Assembly (NCBI GenBank): GCA_016748015.1
Contig: JAAOMT010000776.1
Span: forward strand, 617,496-681,495
Source: Geosiphon pyriformis uo1
Taxonomy: Eukaryota; Fungi; Glomeromycota
Length of the DNA stretch: 64,000 bases
Direction: 5' to 3'
The notes under the pieces were generated by a model that had not been told where the DNA came from, did no database searches, and saw nothing but the letters and a program-made list of their open reading frames with translations. The position numbers were made by a program, and so were the translations under genes. Positions 26,352 through 38,690 of this stretch are shown here, in pieces. Within the stretch, counting starts at the first letter, position 1. Every line of letters begins with the position of its first letter.

Positions 26352-27361
26352 ATGAATTTGTCGTTGACCGACCGTCTTCTGGAACTGAAAAACGCCCATG
26401 AAAGGGGACTTCTTGGTGATGAGGAATATACAAGGATAAGAACTCGTCTATTAGACTCTTTTACCAATATTTTACCTTTAACAACTGTTTGTCGTCCTAC
26501 ACCGCCGCCTATTCCACCGCCACGTTCTTCGACATTGTCTCAGAACATTCCAGGAGCTCCAAAAGTACCACCACGGTCAACCTCAGTTATAAATATGATA
26601 AAAATACGTGCGCCTCCTGAACAACAAAGATTGTTAGAAAACACGTCTGTAGAATTATTTTCTTCTCCTTCACTTCCGCCGACAAACGTTGATTCACCAA
26701 GCTCTTCCCAGCCTTCAATTGCAGGCATCTGTCTGAATACCACACCTACTTTACATGCGTCAACTGGCCGTCAATCATTGAGTGCCTTGACTTTCCTGAG
26801 AAAGCATGATCGTTTAATTGGTGTTACCACCCATTCATTAACGACAGCGCCATCTAACTCAACCGACTTGAGCACAATTCGAGGTTTGAGATTTGTTTCT
26901 AAGTCAATTTTAAAATTATTGACATAAAAAATTAAAATTGCTTTTTTAGAATACGGGCAGACAATACCCGAAATACCACCACCACCATATACACCTCCCG
27001 AGTCGTGTCGTAAGAGCCATTTGTATCTATTTAATACACTGTTACTAAGATTAAGAATGATGTGACTTGACCTTCCAATTTATTGATAGAATCGAGGCGT
27101 TATCGTCCATCTAGTTTTTTCAAAGTAAAATCTTCGGCTGAATTGCGTAAAGAATTAAAGAAACTTACAGATGATGCAAAACGGGAACAGGACTCTTGGA
27201 AAATGCAGGAGGCCACACTTACTACGAAAATGGGTACAAAACCAGAGGAACTCGAGCGAATTCGTAAAAAAATGCGTGATTCTAGTGAAAAATATCAAAG
27301 AAAAATTGAATCAGTGCGTCAAAAAATGAGACATGCTATGCTCACCGAAGAAACCCCTTAG
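26352..27361 (+). CDS. Hypothetical adaptor-like protein: N-terminal SHOCT-like helix pair, Pro-rich middle with PPxY, C-terminal coiled coil
   Basis: Exons 26352-26883, 26950-27009 and 27090-27361 join in frame via GT-AG introns. Motifs include LLELKNAHERGLLGDEEYTRIRTRLL, PPPIPPPR and PPPPY. Confidence 0.78.
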
Positions 27362-27693
27362 TTCCGAAGGTTCAATATTTTCCAAAAACATTTTCTTAAT
27401 TCCTAGAGTAAATTTTAATTTAGAAATTTAGATACTCTTTAACTTCAGATCGTGTCACTTATAAAAAAGATACCCAAAAGAGCCTCTGCGAGGCTAATTT
27501 TCCCCTGTATATAATATTTGCTTCATATTTAAATACAAAATATAGTATTAATAGCATCAGTAATTATTATAATCACAGGATATCATATCGCATCTAGAGT
27601 AAGGCCTTAAATATTGCTTTTCATGTTAAATTACTAAGTGTCTGAAAAAAACTCAAAACCCTCGGTCAGACCTGAAAGACATTCATATACAAA

Positions 27694-29032
27694 CTATGTT
27701 GATGTAAGGGCGGAAAAATTAGAGGATGTCGGATTGGACTTCTCGAGGGTATTGTTATTCAAAGCATCATTCATCTCTTCGAAGGCGGCGAAATGGCGTT
27801 GCAAAATAATTTTGATATCCTCAAAAACTTGGAAAGAGATGAGGATATAGTATCATTATGTAAAAATGCAAATATAAGCATGAATGTATGGTGAGCGTAC
27901 TTTTATCCGCGTATGGTGTGTCTTTTAAATAAACCTTTTGTAAGAAATTAGCCATAGCTCCCGTGATCACAGCACTCTCTTCTAGCGGCAACGTGTCATA
28001 ATATGTATGATCTATTTCAAACGGATTGGCAGGTGGAGGTGAAAGTGAAAGGGAAATGATTTCTGCTATAATATCCCAAAGCATAATATCTAAAGAAAAT
28101 AGGAAAAAATTCTAGTAGGCTTAAATTAAGATATTAAAATCATGCAATCTTACTTTGGTTTTTCCAATCAGCTAAAGTTTCAAGTTTCAATGGATTATCA
28201 GTTTCTATCTTTTGATCGTCTTGTAATTGGATTAGACGTTTGTGGTTTGATCGCAACTAAAAAATAAATTTATTTTAGTCCTGTATTATTATGATTTCAC
28301 ATTAAATTTCAAAATAATTTACTTCAACAGCTTACTGACCCAAACATAAGGTCTTTTGTATCGAGCATATCCTGCAATCAAAAAAACCGTTTTAGATGTA
28401 TCCTAGTATGAAATACAGGTGAACCTAAAAAATCATGGCAATTTTCAGATGAAAATGAAACCCCAGCCACTATTGTAAATCGGACTCACACGTTCTAATT
28501 CTTGATCTAAGGGACTATTGGGTGGTAAAATAGCTTCTGAGATGCTTCCATTGCTAAGACTATTTGAAATTTGAGAGATCAGCTCACTGTGGAGGGAGGT
28601 AAATAATTAAATCGAAAAAAAAATTATTACGAACTTTCGAAAAGTTCTGGGGGAAAATAAAGCGTTACTCCTACAATAATATGAATATTAACACAGACTG
28701 TTGATAAATTAGAGTATGCTCCAATATTCAATATTCGACTTAACTGAGATTTCGCCAAAGACAGTGAATTGTAGCTTCGGCGACTTGTCTCTCGATCTGA
28801 AGTTGGTTTTCCAATGTTATAGACGCGTAAAAGAAGCTCTTCGCGCCCACGTAAATATAATTCAAAATGTTTGAAACCCTACAGGAGAAATTTCAAGATG
28901 CATTAGATGGTTATCTCAAAGTTCAGTTATAAAAAGCAGTGTTCAAGAAGGGTGTACTTTTAAACAACCAAGAGACAGACAGTCAGTCAAAAAGACGTTA
29001 AGTCGTGCAGTCTCAGTCTTGAAAGCTGGCAT
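27694..29032 (-). CDS. Conserved hypothetical protein (multi-exon, mostly missed by the ORF track)
   Basis: The spliced product reads MPAFKTETARLNVFLTDCLSLGCLK|GFKHFELYLRGREELLLRVY...VFLIAGYARYKRPYVW...RSNHKRL...PLKLETLADW...LWDIIAE...PANPFEID...IFEDIKIILQRHF. Introns are GT-AG and the stop TAG is at 27694-27696. Confidence 0.82.
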
Positions 29033-29203
29033 CGCCGTCACTTCGAAGAGAGAAATTGTAAGCAATGAGGAAAGAGTGACAATAATTTGATATGTAGAAA
29101 TGTCTAATTTCAGTTCAAATCAGTCACTATTATTTTGACTCAGGGATATTGGTCACAAGATTTTACCACAGGTTTTATCCAATATATTATTATAACTTCT
29201 TTA

Positions 29204-31182
29204 TTAGGACCTATCCGATTGACTATGGACATTATATATACGTAAAAGATCAAATATTTGGGGAAATATTTTTTTATGCACTTCAGATGCCCAAAGAAAA
29301 TCTAATAGGTAAAAAAGCAGAAAATGTAAACCTTTGCCTTCTTTTATTGGTAAGTAAGGCAGAGATATTATGTCGAAAGAAAATTGTTTCTTTACCTAGA
29401 TGTTCGTACTCTTTCACTTCTTGGACAAGTACAGGTTTTGGCAATTGCTTTAGTAGCACTTCGATATTCACCAAGCTATCAGAGCCGCCATAAAATACAG
29501 CAATAGGCGTCTTGATTTGTTGTGTAGGGAATGTATGTATAACCGCACCTTTTGAGGAGTATGTTGGAAGATCATCGTACATTTGAAAGTTACTAGCGCG
29601 CATGATTTGAAACCAATGCTGTATTTAAATGGTAAAAATCGCATTATAAAAGAGTCCAAATCTCAAAGAAAAAGAAGGCTTGGATGGAAATTTATATACC
29701 ACGAGACTCTTTACGCTGGCCAAACTATATAAATGAGAATAAGAGACGGCCCTCTGGACTTCTGTCATGTTTTTTCCTTCCCAACCAAATAAAAATTTCA
29801 TAGATGTGTCAAGAACTTTTGTAAAAATTGGTGGTGAAAGAACCTTTTGCCAAAATAAAGTCATAGGTAAGAAAGCTTTCCGGCCAAAGAAAAGATAAAT
29901 GATGTCTGGTGAGGCCTTAATAAATGCGTCAACAAGAGGATTTTGAAGTCCTAGAAAAAATTTAAATCAAAAAATGAAATCCAAAATGAGAACTAGATAG
30001 GCCAGTCTTCCATTATACTCACCCTTGGGGCTAGTAGCAGGAGCTAGAGCAATGAAGAGATTGACTTTTTTATTGAGTTTTGGGCTCACAGATAATGCCG
30101 CAAATTGCAATGCGGTCCCTTGGGAGAATCCGATATAAGCAAGAGAGGGGGCACCTGTTGTCTCAAGAATATACTGATGGTAAAGGAGAATGAATATGCC
30201 TAGATGGATACTTCATGCATGGAATATTTTACAGCCATTAAAATGAGTATAAAACTTACATCGACCGTGTCTGGCAAATCATAAAGGGCACATTCATCCA
30301 TAGAATATTCCCAGAAACGTCGTTCATTTGGTTTATAATGAGTATGTTTCATCGAATACTTGTTACCACGGGCATTACCAAACCATACATCATAACTAGA
30401 GAAATTATTTATTAGATTAATTTTCTTCTTTTTATCAAGAGATTCAATAATCAAAAACAAATATATATTACCCCGCATCAACTAATAAACAGGCCAGCCT
30501 TCGTTCTTCCTCTAAATTACACATCCATACCTCGCTACACATCATAAGCCCGTGATATAGCAATACAACTGGTTTGACACCTTTTAAAGAATTGCAACCA
30601 TCAATGCGAATAGCTGATACTGGGATCCCGGATCTTTCGAAAATATCAACAATTTTTTGATTGTTAGTTACGAGTTTGTTGCTATGGCCTTCAGGGATAC
30701 GCTGAATCCCAAGAATATATTGATCTTGAGTGCGAACTATATGTTCTTCCGATTTGTAACCCCTTAAAAGAATGATCAAGTAAATGTTAACTTTATGAAG
30801 AAAATATCAACAAATAAAAATGACTGATATTTGCGTAAATCTTCCTAAATACCAATAAGCTGCCATCTCTTTAAAAGTGGTTGTATGCTGCAAAATCTTC
30901 GCTGGTTGCGTACGTTGATCCACATAGAGTTGGGAAAATACTCTGTTTCAAAAACTTGTGAATCCTCTTGAAAAACCACATTAAGATTTGATGTAAAGTA
31001 TAAGTTGATCCAGGCAAAAAATGCTCTCACTTTTGACTTTGCGCTTTACAAAATTCGAGTACTATAGTAGGTAAACACCAAGTAACCACCCGAAGCAAGG
31101 TTTCAAGGAGAAGGAAAGTAATTCCCACAAATAATGCTTGATAATCACGAAGTTGGAGACGGTCAAGTATGGGAACACCCAT
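29204..31182 (-). CDS. Sterol esterase / lysosomal acid lipase-like alpha/beta hydrolase (Tgl1/Yeh family)
   Basis: There is an N-terminal TM segment, then EEHIVRTQDQYILGIQRIP, VVLLYHGL, YDVWFGNARGNKYS, the nucleophile motif GFSQG (~30120) and EYEHL|DFLWA (catalytic His). The gene has multiple introns. Confidence 0.92.
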
Positions 31183-31423
31183 CTCTTTATTGGGTCTTAG
31201 TATTCCTCCTTTAAAATTTGGTTGCTTAATGAAGTTCAACTCTAAAAGGTTAAATTTTAACTGGTTACTTCGGTCTGAGATTCAAAATTTCATAATTCTG
31301 AATCTCTTTGATCCTGGTTATTTGTCGTACAGAATAATTATTTTTGTGAAATATTGCATTTTTAAAAAGGTATCTCTAATTTGTTAAGCTCCCCAGTTTA
31401 GGATATTTTTAGCAAACTTAAGT

Positions 31424-32773
31424 ATGGCTGAAGCTAATATAAAAGAATACATCCCAACCATAAAAGAGATTCTTTTGGATTCTGACTTAAAAGCGATCAC
31501 TGCAAAGGCTGTCCGTGTAAAGTTGGAAGAAAAATACAAGGTTGATCTGACTTCAAGAAAAGCCGAGGTTCAAAAACTTATTGAAGAATGTTTTGATGAA
31601 ATGGATTTTGGGGAGGACGGCGAGGATTATGAAGAGGAGGAGGAAGAGGATATGAAACCTGAGTATACTATTCAAGACAATAAGAACGAAACTTCAAAAA
31701 AAACCCTCAAAAACACCTCCAAATCACCAAAGAAGGCAGTTAAACCTAAAGATCGACATCCGAAATCTAAATCAACCATTGTCAACCAATCTGATTATTC
31801 ATCTCCTGAAGATGAAAATCCTTCACAGGCAAAAAAGAAACGGGGGAGAAAACGAAAAAGTGCCAATAAAGGAGCGGATGCATCTGATGCGACAGGTGAA
31901 GAAACTAATAGAAAATCAAAATCAAAGAATGGGGATACTCCGAAAAAGAAGAAGTCGACAACAAAACGGAAAAAAACAGAAGAAATAGATGATGATGACG
32001 AGGCTGGGAAAGCCCCGCCAAAGAAAAGAAAGGGAAATACCGGGATTCATAAACCTCTGCTTCTGAGTCCTGTTTTGTCTGGTTTCCTTGGAGAAAATGA
32101 GGTGAGAAGAAGTTATTGCGCGAAACTTCATCCGACCTATAATTTTACCACAAAATATCAATTACCACTTTAGCTTTCTCGGCTCGAAGTTGTTAAACGT
32201 CTTTGGACATATATTAAGGATAATAATCTCCAGGATCCTAAAGACAAGAGATTCATTGTATGCGATGAGAAATTGATTGAAATATTTGGGAAGGATAGAA
32301 TGCACAGTTTCACCATGAATAAATATCTAACTGCTCATCTAAGAAAAAAAGAGGATGTTCTTGGGGGGAGTGACTTTGCTCAAACTGGGGATTTAGATCA
32401 GGGTCATTCAAGTGGACAAGGGGAAGATCACGAGGAAGAGCAGGAAATTCATGAATACGAACACGAAAATCATGATAGTGAACAAAAAAGTCACGATGAG
32501 CAACAAGAAAATTATGACGATGAACATGAAGATCACGGTGAAGACAACCAGGATCATGATGAGGAACAAGCAGATCATGGTGAAGACCAACAGGACCATG
32601 ATGATGAACAGGAAAAACATAGTGAAGAGGTCGATGAAGAACTTGAAGAATTTGTGGGGGATGAAGACGATAGTCCAATTAAAATGGAAGAAGAATCCGG
32701 AGACTCACCAGATAAGCAGGATGAAGAATATGAAGAGGAGGATTCGAATAAAAATGATTCTGGTGAAGATTGA
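31424..32773 (+). CDS. DEK-C + SWIB/MDM2 domain protein (UAF30/Tri1/Spp27-like) with an acidic His-rich tail
   Basis: The N-terminus is DEK-C-like (ITAKAVRVKLEEKYKVDL). The SWIB domain reads LSPVLSGFLGENE|LSRLEVVKRLWTYIKDNNLQDPKDKRFIVCDEKL across intron 32102-32173. Confidence 0.9.
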
Positions 32774-33242
32774 GATTAGAAATTGTGAACAATTTTATAT
32801 CCCAATAAATCATTGAGTGGTATTGCCGCCACTTCCAATTTTGATGTTTTATTCCCCCTTTTATTCCTTAATCTATTATAAATTCCCGATTATTGCAGAA
32901 ATCTATTGCATTTTCCGCTCTTGTTTTTATCAGAAAACAACTTGGGGACAGCCAAAATTTAACTTCAGATTTTTATTCTTGCGAGAAATTAAGAATTCAT
33001 TCTCAAGTAGATTATGATCCGTTAAAACGTGAGATCACTTATTCTTAGCCTTGTAATTGAAAACACTCATAAAAATTGTACTCACAATCTCTTTTTCAAT
33101 ATGTATTATATTTTTTTGTTTCTTTTGCTTTAATAGCTTTGCTTTTTCATTTCAATGAGGTGTAAAAGTGCTCTAATGAATTTTTGTAATACAGGTCGTA
33201 TAAAGTAATCTGTATGATCGTGCCTTGTCAAGATTTTTCACT

Positions 33243-33983
33243 TCAAGGCAAATTCACGCTTTTCAAAGCACCCTCCTTCAGCGAAACTGTAATATGTACG
33301 GAAGAATTATGCCTTATTTGAGTTTCAAGCGCCTTTTCCTTTAATTAAACAAAGGAGGAAATAGAAAAAAAAATGTTAATATCAAAAAGCAAGGTTGGTC
33401 AATTGTGGAGACTATTAATTTTTTGCCATTTAAATATAATTTATTTTATACATTTAAAAAAAGATCAAATAACCTCATCTTCCGGTAATATGTCATCGAT
33501 TAATTCTACGGTTCTAGTGATGGCCTTGTATTCGATCTGATTATGGGTGGCTTCTCTTAAATGCATAACCAGATTGATGGATTTCGGGATTGCCTTGCCG
33601 AGCCCATGAATCGTGATAGAAGGAAGCCTAAGAAATATGAAAAAGGCTATGAATGTTTGATTTCAATTTTCTCCAATCCAATTACCAACTGAAATCTAAA
33701 AACGTTTACCTTTCTTTTAGGAGAAGTGATTTCGCGTATTCCAATAGTCCTCTCATTTTCGATTTCTGTGAAACATATATATCTGTCGGTAAAGTAGCGG
33801 GTCGCTGTGGCACGCGTTTCAATATCGTTCCTAAATTGGCAATTATTTTGAGAAATTCTTTATTTTTCTGAAGGCAAATTTTAGATAAAGATCACTTTTT
33901 AGGTTTTTGGCTTGTTCTGATGAATCAGGACAATCCTGGTCCGGTTCTTGGAGAATATCTCTTTTAAAATTTATGGATGACAT
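33243..33983 (-). CDS. POP7: RNase P/MRP subunit Rpp20/Pop7 (Alba fold); 4 exons, absent from the ORF track
   Basis: The spliced product reads KRVPQRPATLPTDIYVSQKS...SITIHGLGKAIPKSINL...TRTVELIDDILPEDE|...IRHNSSVHITV, matching the Rpp20 signature motifs. Confidence 0.88.
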
Positions 33984-34201
33984 TTCGAGGTCTTGACGAT
34001 TTACCAAAGCTAGATCTTTGAGTTGGAACGAAAAATATTGCTAAATTTATTGGGGAACTTCACAATGGAGTGATATATTAATTGATCCATTGATTGCTGC
34101 TCATTTCAGATCTGTCAGATTACTAAAAACTTGTAGAAAATCGAATAAAATTCCAGGATTTTCCTTTAATTAAATCGAAGTAAACTTGTTCCTCTTTTAT
34201 A

Positions 34202-36989
34202 ATGGGAGATTCACAACCAAGTATTGTTCGAAACCTTTCTGAACGAGAAAATGCTTATGATTCTAGTGAGTGCAAATAATCAAGTCTTTTTTTTTACGTT
34301 GTTACCCCAAACCCTTTTTGACAGTATTTTTCTGAGCATCTAGCAAGCCTCGCGGGGTTGAAAGTTGCCCACGCTGTTGAAGACTTCATAGATGGCCAAG
34401 AACGGATCTTGGTACTGAAAGATTCTGGCATTCTTGAAAATGAAGGTATGGTTATCGACGGCTCCCCAATTTTTGCTTTCTTTAATAGCCTTTCAAAATT
34501 TTATAAAAATCCATACGTTTTTCCCGACAGGAAAAATTGATATCAATTTGTAAATACTTTAGAAGAGGGGGATCAGCTCATAAGTATTCAGCTTGAAGAA
34601 GAAGCACGACTTCGAAAAAATATAGAGAATCGCAAAAAGAAGCCTGCTTACACTGCCTACGATGACGAGGAATTTTTATTTGGTGTTGGGCAGAAGCCAG
34701 GTGTCTTGTCACATTATGACGAAGAAATTGAAGGGCCAAAGAGAAACGTATGTCTGATCAGTTTTATGATCTAGATGTCATCCTCAACCCAGTTAATTTT
34801 TTATTGAACCTAGGCTTTCACCCTAAGTAATAATGGGACTGTTCAACTAGATGAAGATGAAAGAAAACAACAAGTTGCCGAGAATTTGAAGGGCCAACCG
34901 ATTTCCCTTACTTTTGATAGTGAGTTGTCAAAATTTTAAAATCTCTCACATTTTACTTTTAACTCATTTCTAAATGTCTTAATTAAAAAGAGATGCGTGA
35001 AATAAAGGATTATTATACCAAAGAAGAAGCTGACACTACTTTGAAAAAATCAAAGGTGTGGAGTGAGAATGCTCTATTATTTAATGATACTGTACTTTTA
35101 CTAAATTGTTTTATATATTATTTAGAGCAAAAAGAAGCGAAAGGTTAGAAAGAAAACGACTGACGAAGAGGATATTGTTGAAAATTCAATTGAAAAGCTG
35201 AAGTCAGATACAAATGGTTCATCCGTGACCCCCGTCTTTCAAAGCCAGGGTCAAATGAAACTTGAAGAAGATATCAATTACGTTGATGACGACGACCTTC
35301 AGCAAGCTTTAGCAAGGGCGAGAAGGATGGCAAACAAAAAAGTGATAAAATCTAGTGTTGAGGAAATCGCAAGAAATTGTAAGCACGATTTTCGTATCTC
35401 TTTTTTTAGACTATAAACGAATCGTTCGATAATTAAAGCTTTTTTTAGTGAAACAAAACAAAAATGAAAGAAATGAGGAGGAAGAATCACTTGCTGGGGA
35501 TCTCGTGATATCAGACACAACGGAATTTGTAAGATCACTCACCATATCGCAGTCAATACCAAAATTGATGGAAGCAGGTTTTACACCATCCGTACCCCAA
35601 AAATCGGTCCAGCAACAGAAAGAAGATGAGGATGAGGATGGAGAATCACCGCAAGATCTAGAAATGGATGAAGCGACCACTCAGGAAAAACATGGTGGTT
35701 GGGAAGCTGCTGGTTTAGTTCAAGATCAAGAAATGGCACAAATTCAAGAAGAGACTAAATTGGTTTGCTATCCGAATGTGTTCTTTGTTTATCAAAACTC
35801 GACATTCTTAATAATTCTACCAAATATTATTATTTTCAGACTGCCGTAGTGGAGGAAGAGCCTTTAGTTAGTAGCGGAATGGCTGCAACCTTGGCGTTAT
35901 TGCAGCAAAAGGGTACTAATTTCAATTCTGGTTCGCTCACAGTGCTTCACTTTTATTAATAAAAACTAAGGTTTTTGCCTAATATTAAAGGGTTCTCAAT
36001 AAAGCCATCTACAGAGCAATTAGATAAGGAGCGTATACAAAGAGAACGGCAGAAGTGGCTTGGGGAACAGCGAAAGAAGGATATTGAAAGACAAAATGAA
36101 CGTGAGCGTGAAAAACAAAAAGCCAAAGAAAAAGGTTATCGTGGAGGTGGCGGAGGAGGTGGTGGAGGAGGAGGTGGAGGAGGTGGTGGTGGTGGTGGGG
36201 GTGGTCGTGATAACGACAGTGCTTACCGTGACCGTGAACATATGAGAGAAATGGAGGCTCGATTTAAAGATTACAAACCAGACGTAAATCTTGAATATGT
36301 CGACGAGTTTGGCAATCAACTTACACCGAAAGAAGTAGGCTATTGTTTCCTATCAATTGCTTGTCTGTTCTGGTTACTGTTTGAGCACAGATTGCATTTA
36401 GCTTATTCCCCATAAAATTCAAGGCTTTCAGGCAACTTTCACACAAGTTCCATGGCAAATCATCTGGGAAAGCCAAAACAGAAAAACGGCTCAAAAAGCT
36501 GGAAGAAGAACGTAAACTCAAAGCAATGAGCAGTATTGACACGCCCTTAAACATGGCAACGGCATTACAAGAACGACAGAAAGCCAGTGGAAGTGCACAT
36601 GTTGTTCTATCCGTCGGTAACAGAGCGTATGTATTTTTATTTAAAGTAGTTCAAAGTTTTTAAACAACTTGAAAAAAATTAATAATTTTTTCGTTGAAAT
36701 TGGTTCTCTTGATGAAAAGTGTTGTCCCGCCTAGCATGGTATTAAATAATGGTAGATCCGGAACATCTCGGATATCAGGGACCAGTTCGGTTATCAGTCC
36801 GAGCATTATAACAGTAAATGGGGGATTAACTGGCCAAAGTATGAATGCGCCCGAACGAGAAAAGGTAATTTCAAACAGGTGTTTCTTTTCATATACTTCA
36901 AAATTTACTTAATAAAGCCTTTTTAGGTCACCTTTGGCTTGAAGCGTAAAGCGGAATCTGAACAAGAGAAGCCTACAAAGAAACGTTGA
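34202..36989 (+). CDS. SNU66: U4/U6.U5 tri-snRNP protein SART1/Snu66
   Basis: Motifs: LAGLKVAH...ILVLKDSGIL, VDDDDLQQALARAR, ISDTTEFVRSL, EEEPLVSSGMAATLALL, YKPDVNLEYVDEFGNQLTPKE|AFRQLSHKFHGKSSGKAKTEKRLKK. The gene has many GT-AG introns and stops at 36987-36989. Confidence 0.93.
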
Positions 36990-37270
36990 TCCAAGGTCAC
37001 TTCATACATATCTTCAAAATAGTGCCTCTTACACATTTGGTCCTCGAATACATTTTCCCATGATAATTTGAGGGATCGGAGCGCGAACTCAAAATGTGGC
37101 GGACCTAAATAAATGTCTTATTAAGCATGTAGATCTATACTAGTTTTCCAGCATTTTCTTCTCGTTAGCATTTGAAATCAGTACATTATATAGGTTTTAT
37201 TAATTCTAAAACAAAACTCAATATAGGTTATTCCAGAAAACAATCTGAACCAAACACTGCTTGAACTTAG

Positions 37271-37768
37271 TTAAGTATATGGAGTATTTTTAAATGAACT
37301 AAATTTGAAATTTGAAAAACAAACTGACGCATAAGAAAATAAAGTATTTCCCACAGCAGCTAAAAAAAATATACTACCCCAGATTCCCAAGTTACTGGTT
37401 GCGCTTGGGGAAGAGTTAAGAACAATTGTTTGGGTTACTGTTGCAGGGGAGAATTTTTCAGCTTGTGTGGACTTTGGGGATTCTGTCAAAGAAACTGTTG
37501 GGGAAATAATTGGCTGCATTTGCGGAATTTTTTGCCAATTGTTCGTATCCTTAGTATGTTGCTCTACCAGATTTCCTTGTATAGGTTTGACTATAGGCTG
37601 TGTACTCGGTTTTAGCTTTATTGTTTCTGATGGGATTTCAGATGAAGTTGAGGGGATTAGACCTCTAGTTAAGTCATTTATATCTGGTATTTTTGGTTTC
37701 TTTAATGCTTCAATTCCGAAAGAATTTATCCCTATTGCTAACAACATCAAATTAAAATATTTTTTCAT
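37271..37768 (-). CDS. Small secreted or surface Ser/Thr/Pro-rich protein
   Basis: A 165-aa ORF with a signal-peptide-like N-terminus, an S/T/P-rich middle and a hydrophobic stretch near the C-terminus (LGIWGSIFFLAAVG). Confidence 0.55.
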   Translation of the reverse strand: MKKYFNLMLLAIGINSFGIEALKKPKIPDINDLTRGLIPSTSSEIPSETIKLKPSTQPIVKPIQGNLVEQHTKDTNNWQKIPQMQPIISPTVSLTESPKSTQAEKFSPATVTQTIVLNSSPSATSNLGIWGSIFFLAAVGNTLFSYASVCFSNFKFSSFKNTPYT

Positions 37769-38289
37769 TTGGTTAGAGAGGATGCTGCCTTTTCATCTTT
37801 AAATTCCTAATTTATATATACTTCGCATGCCGTGATTATGTCTTCATCCAAATTGATGCTTTAGAGAGAATACTGATGGGTGGTAAGGGACTGATTAATC
37901 TTGGCGAATTCCAATAATCAATTTTCATTCATATTCATTGTTCTGGTTGTGATGCAATTTGTTTTTAGGCAAAGAAGACCAATTCTTTCCTAGCTTGATG
38001 TTGATTAACTTTGATATTGATTAAATGATCAATATGATCATTTTCGAAATTGAAGGAGTATTCAAAGTTCAAAGATTGGTTTCAGGTGAAATAGGTAATA
38101 TAACTACAAGTTTCCCTATTGGGAACAAAGAAAGAAGTATTATATACATATTTGTAATTGGAAAAGGAAAAATTATTATTGCCCCTAGCCTTTTAAGAGC
38201 TACATAATTTGATGGGCACTATAGTAACTAGGATTATTTAATTTCTTTTATCGATACACGTCGGGAATGTTGTGTGAGTGACGCATTTA

Positions 38290-38690
38290 CATATTAGCAT
38301 TCCAATCCATTTTGTCGAGCAGGCACTCCAGCATACCATGAATCTGAAAAATACCGAATAAAAATTTGAGGTACTTGGTTGCAACGTAGCTTTTACAGGA
38401 TCGGCACGTCCTCTCGAACAAAGCCAATGACAATTGAATTATCATATATGTCCAATAATAGCTTCGAAAAGGCCCCTTGCTTTCCAGAGTAGTAGTCAAA
38501 TTTTAGCTTTCCAAATCGCATAGCACCATAGAAGGAATTTGGGGTGTGATGAACATAGAATCATAGTAATAACATTGATTTTTCAATCCAACAGGGATTC
38601 AAACCACCTCTAACAGGAATTGTCTTCCAAGGTTTAGTTGTGAAGCCTTTAACCAATTTAGCGTCTAAACCGGTCTCCAAATCTCTCAAA
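38290..38690 (-). pseudogene. Coding-like relic, possibly a class-3 lipase fragment
   Basis: A GC-richer island with stops and frameshifts. DNSIVIGFVR at ~38420 resembles the lipase 'IVVxFRG' strand. Confidence 0.25.

Noticed and set aside
32310-32816. Overlapping alternative-frame and antisense ORFs (His-, Met- or Ile-rich); likewise poly-Cys 51115-51306 and poly-Thr/Ser 36020-36319
   Set aside because: Shadows of low-complexity coding repeats in real genes.
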